Part shown: piece after piece, positions 62,545 to 64,000 of the stretch
How positions within the stretch are numbered: position 1 is the first letter of the stretch
Layout of the letters: the number at the start of each line of letters is the position of its first letter
Assembly (NCBI GenBank): GCA_965213685.1
Contig: CBDBZY010000058.1
Location: 1 to 64,000 of the forward strand
DNA length: 64,000 nucleotides
Direction: 5' to 3'
Origin: a bacterium
Lineage (GTDB): Bacteria > UBA8248
Translations under genes and position numbers: made by a program
The notes under the pieces: generated by a model
What the model saw: the letters and a program-made list of their open reading frames with translations, nothing else
Told to the model about the DNA's origin: nothing
Database searches by the model: none

Positions 62545-62924
62545 CAGAAACTCACCCCCGTGTCCCGCACGCTGTCGGCCAGCGCCTTCACGCGGCCGTG
62601 ATAGAGATAGCCGTTGCGATCAAAAACCACCTTGCCCACGCCCTTCGCCCGCGCGCGGTCGCCCAGCAATTTGCCGACGATGGCGGCGCCCGCCACGTTG
62701 CCCCCGCCCGCGCTTTCGACGGCTGCGGCCTCGGCCGCAAAGCCTTTCTCGCGCGAGGAGGCGGCGGCGAGCGTCTGGCCCGAGGCGTCATCGATCACCT
62801 GGGCGTAAATGTGCGCGCTGCTCCGGAAAACGGTGAGGCGCGGCCGCTCGTCCGTCCCCCGGCTCTTCTTGCGGATTCTCACCTTGCGCTTGCGCCGCGC
62901 CTCCAGCTTGTTCAATCGGCCCAC
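62544..62924 (-). CDS. rplR: 50S ribosomal protein L18
   Basis: [39 protein letters not shown]. Confidence 0.96.
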   Translation of the reverse strand: MGRLNKLEARRKRKVRIRKKSRGTDERPRLTVFRSSAHIYAQVIDDASGQTLAAASSREKGFAAEAAAVESAGGGNVAGAAIVGKLLGDRARAKGVGKVVFDRNGYLYHGRVKALADSVRDTGVSF

Positions 62925-62941
62925 TTCTCCCACCTCCCGCG

Positions 62942-63487
62942 CTACACGCCGGCCTTGCCGGCCTTGCGGCGAACCGTCTCGCCCGCATAGCGGATGCCCT
63001 TGCCCTTGTAGGGCTCCGGGGGCTTGACCTTGCGGATTTCGGCGGCCACCCATCCGACCACCTGCTTGTCGATGCCCTTCACCTTGATGGCCGTCCGGTT
63101 GCGGTCGCTCTGCACCTCGAAGGTGATGCCCTCGACCGGCTCGATGCTCACCGGGTGCGAATAGCCCACGCTCAGGACGACCCCCTTGTTCCGCTCCTCC
63201 ACGCGGTATCCGAGCCCGATGATCTCCAGCTCCTTCTCGAACCCCTTGGTCACGCCCTCAACCATGTTGGAGATCAGCGTGCGCGTGAGGCCGTGCAGCG
63301 ACTTGTCCTGGCGGGATTCGCTGATCCGCGAAACGACGATGTTGCCGCCGTCTATCTCCACCTTCGGGCGGTGGTGCAGCTCGCGCTCGAGCGCGCCGAG
63401 CGGCCCCCTGACGGAGATGCGGCGCCCGTCGAGGCGCACTTCCACGCCCGCGGGTATGGGAATCGGCATTTTTCCGATGCGCGACAT
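62942..63487 (-). CDS. rplF: 50S ribosomal protein L6
   Basis: [28 protein letters not shown]. Confidence 0.97.
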   Translation of the reverse strand: MSRIGKMPIPIPAGVEVRLDGRRISVRGPLGALERELHHRPKVEIDGGNIVVSRISESRQDKSLHGLTRTLISNMVEGVTKGFEKELEIIGLGYRVEERNKGVVLSVGYSHPVSIEPVEGITFEVQSDRNRTAIKVKGIDKQVVGWVAAEIRKVKPPEPYKGKGIRYAGETVRRKAGKAGV

Positions 63488-63497
63488 TCAATTCACC

Positions 63498-63899
63498 TCA
63501 CCAGACTTCACAAAGAACCTCGCCGCCCACTCCCAGCGCCCGCGCCTCCTCATCCGTCACCACGCCGCGGGAGGTCGTGAGAATGGCGATCCCCATGCCG
63601 TGGAGCACCCTCGGGACCGACTCCTTGTTCACATACACCCGAAGGCCGGGCTTGCTGATCCGCTTGAGGCCCGTCAGCACCAGCTTGCCGTCCTGGGGGG
63701 GCTTCAGCTCCACCTTGATCTCGCTCTGGCCCGTCGGGCCCGGCTCGACCTCGTATCCCTTGATGTAGCCCTGGGACTTGAGGATGCCGACGACCTGGGA
63801 TTTCAGCCGACTCCCTGGAATCGAGACGCTCGAATGCCCCGCGCGCACGGCGTTGCGAATGCGCGTCAGAAGGTCGGCGATGGGGTCCGTCATGCTCAT
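63498..63899 (-). CDS. rpsH: 30S ribosomal protein S8
   Basis: MTDPIADLLTRIRNA, RISKPGLRVY, GVGGEVLC. Confidence 0.97.
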   Translation of the reverse strand: MSMTDPIADLLTRIRNAVRAGHSSVSIPGSRLKSQVVGILKSQGYIKGYEVEPGPTGQSEIKVELKPPQDGKLVLTGLKRISKPGLRVYVNKESVPRVLHGMGIAILTTSRGVVTDEEARALGVGGEVLCEVW

Positions 63900-63915
63900 A
63901 TTCTTTTCTCTCCGG

Positions 63916-64000
63916 CTACCAGCTCGATTTCGTGACCCCCGGAATCTCGCCTTTCAGCGACAACTCGCGGAAGCATATCCGGCAAAGCTTGAAGCGCCTC
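63916..64000 (-). CDS. rpsN: 30S ribosomal protein S14, zinc type (3' part)
   Basis: Manual translation ..RRFKLCRICFRELSLKGEIPGVTKSSW*. Confidence 0.95.
   Translation of the reverse strand, partial: RRFKLCRICFRELSLKGEIPGVTKSSW

Overview
GC-rich (visibly about two-thirds G+C) chromosomal segment of a diderm bacterium, mostly housekeeping genes: clpC (partial)-lolD-lolC/E-lysS-prfB-lnt-uvrC-uvrB, PBP1A, ftsY-smc-rnc-fabF-acpP-fabD-fabH-plsX-rpmF-yceD, and the distal spc/alpha ribosomal operon (rpsN to rplQ). Two accessory blocks stand out. (1) 28.8-36.7 kb: nine co-oriented genes that look like a stand-alone phage tail module (Dit-like, hub/Tal-like, tail-fibre-like, chaperone-like, holin-like genes, a lipoprotein and a tape-measure protein placed last). 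No capsid, terminase, portal, sheath or integrase gene is recognisable, and the block sits directly between host genes. Its two main transcription units share a palindromic motif about 31 nt upstream of a -10 box that has no -35. This is the best candidate for an undescribed system (domesticated tailocin or part of a split gene-transfer agent); family assignments rest on remembered motifs and synteny, not searches. (2) 38.3-53.4 kb: a catabolic island that includes a Na+-translocating acyl-CoA decarboxylase operon (mmdA-D-C-B order) with a family III CoA-transferase, an HMG-CoA-lyase-family gene and a GntR regulator. Several genes, including essential ones (lolC/E, lysS, ftsY), carry single extra bases in G/C homopolymers, most likely sequencing errors; prfB has the genuine programmed frameshift. 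No rRNA, tRNA, CRISPR array or IS element was recognised.
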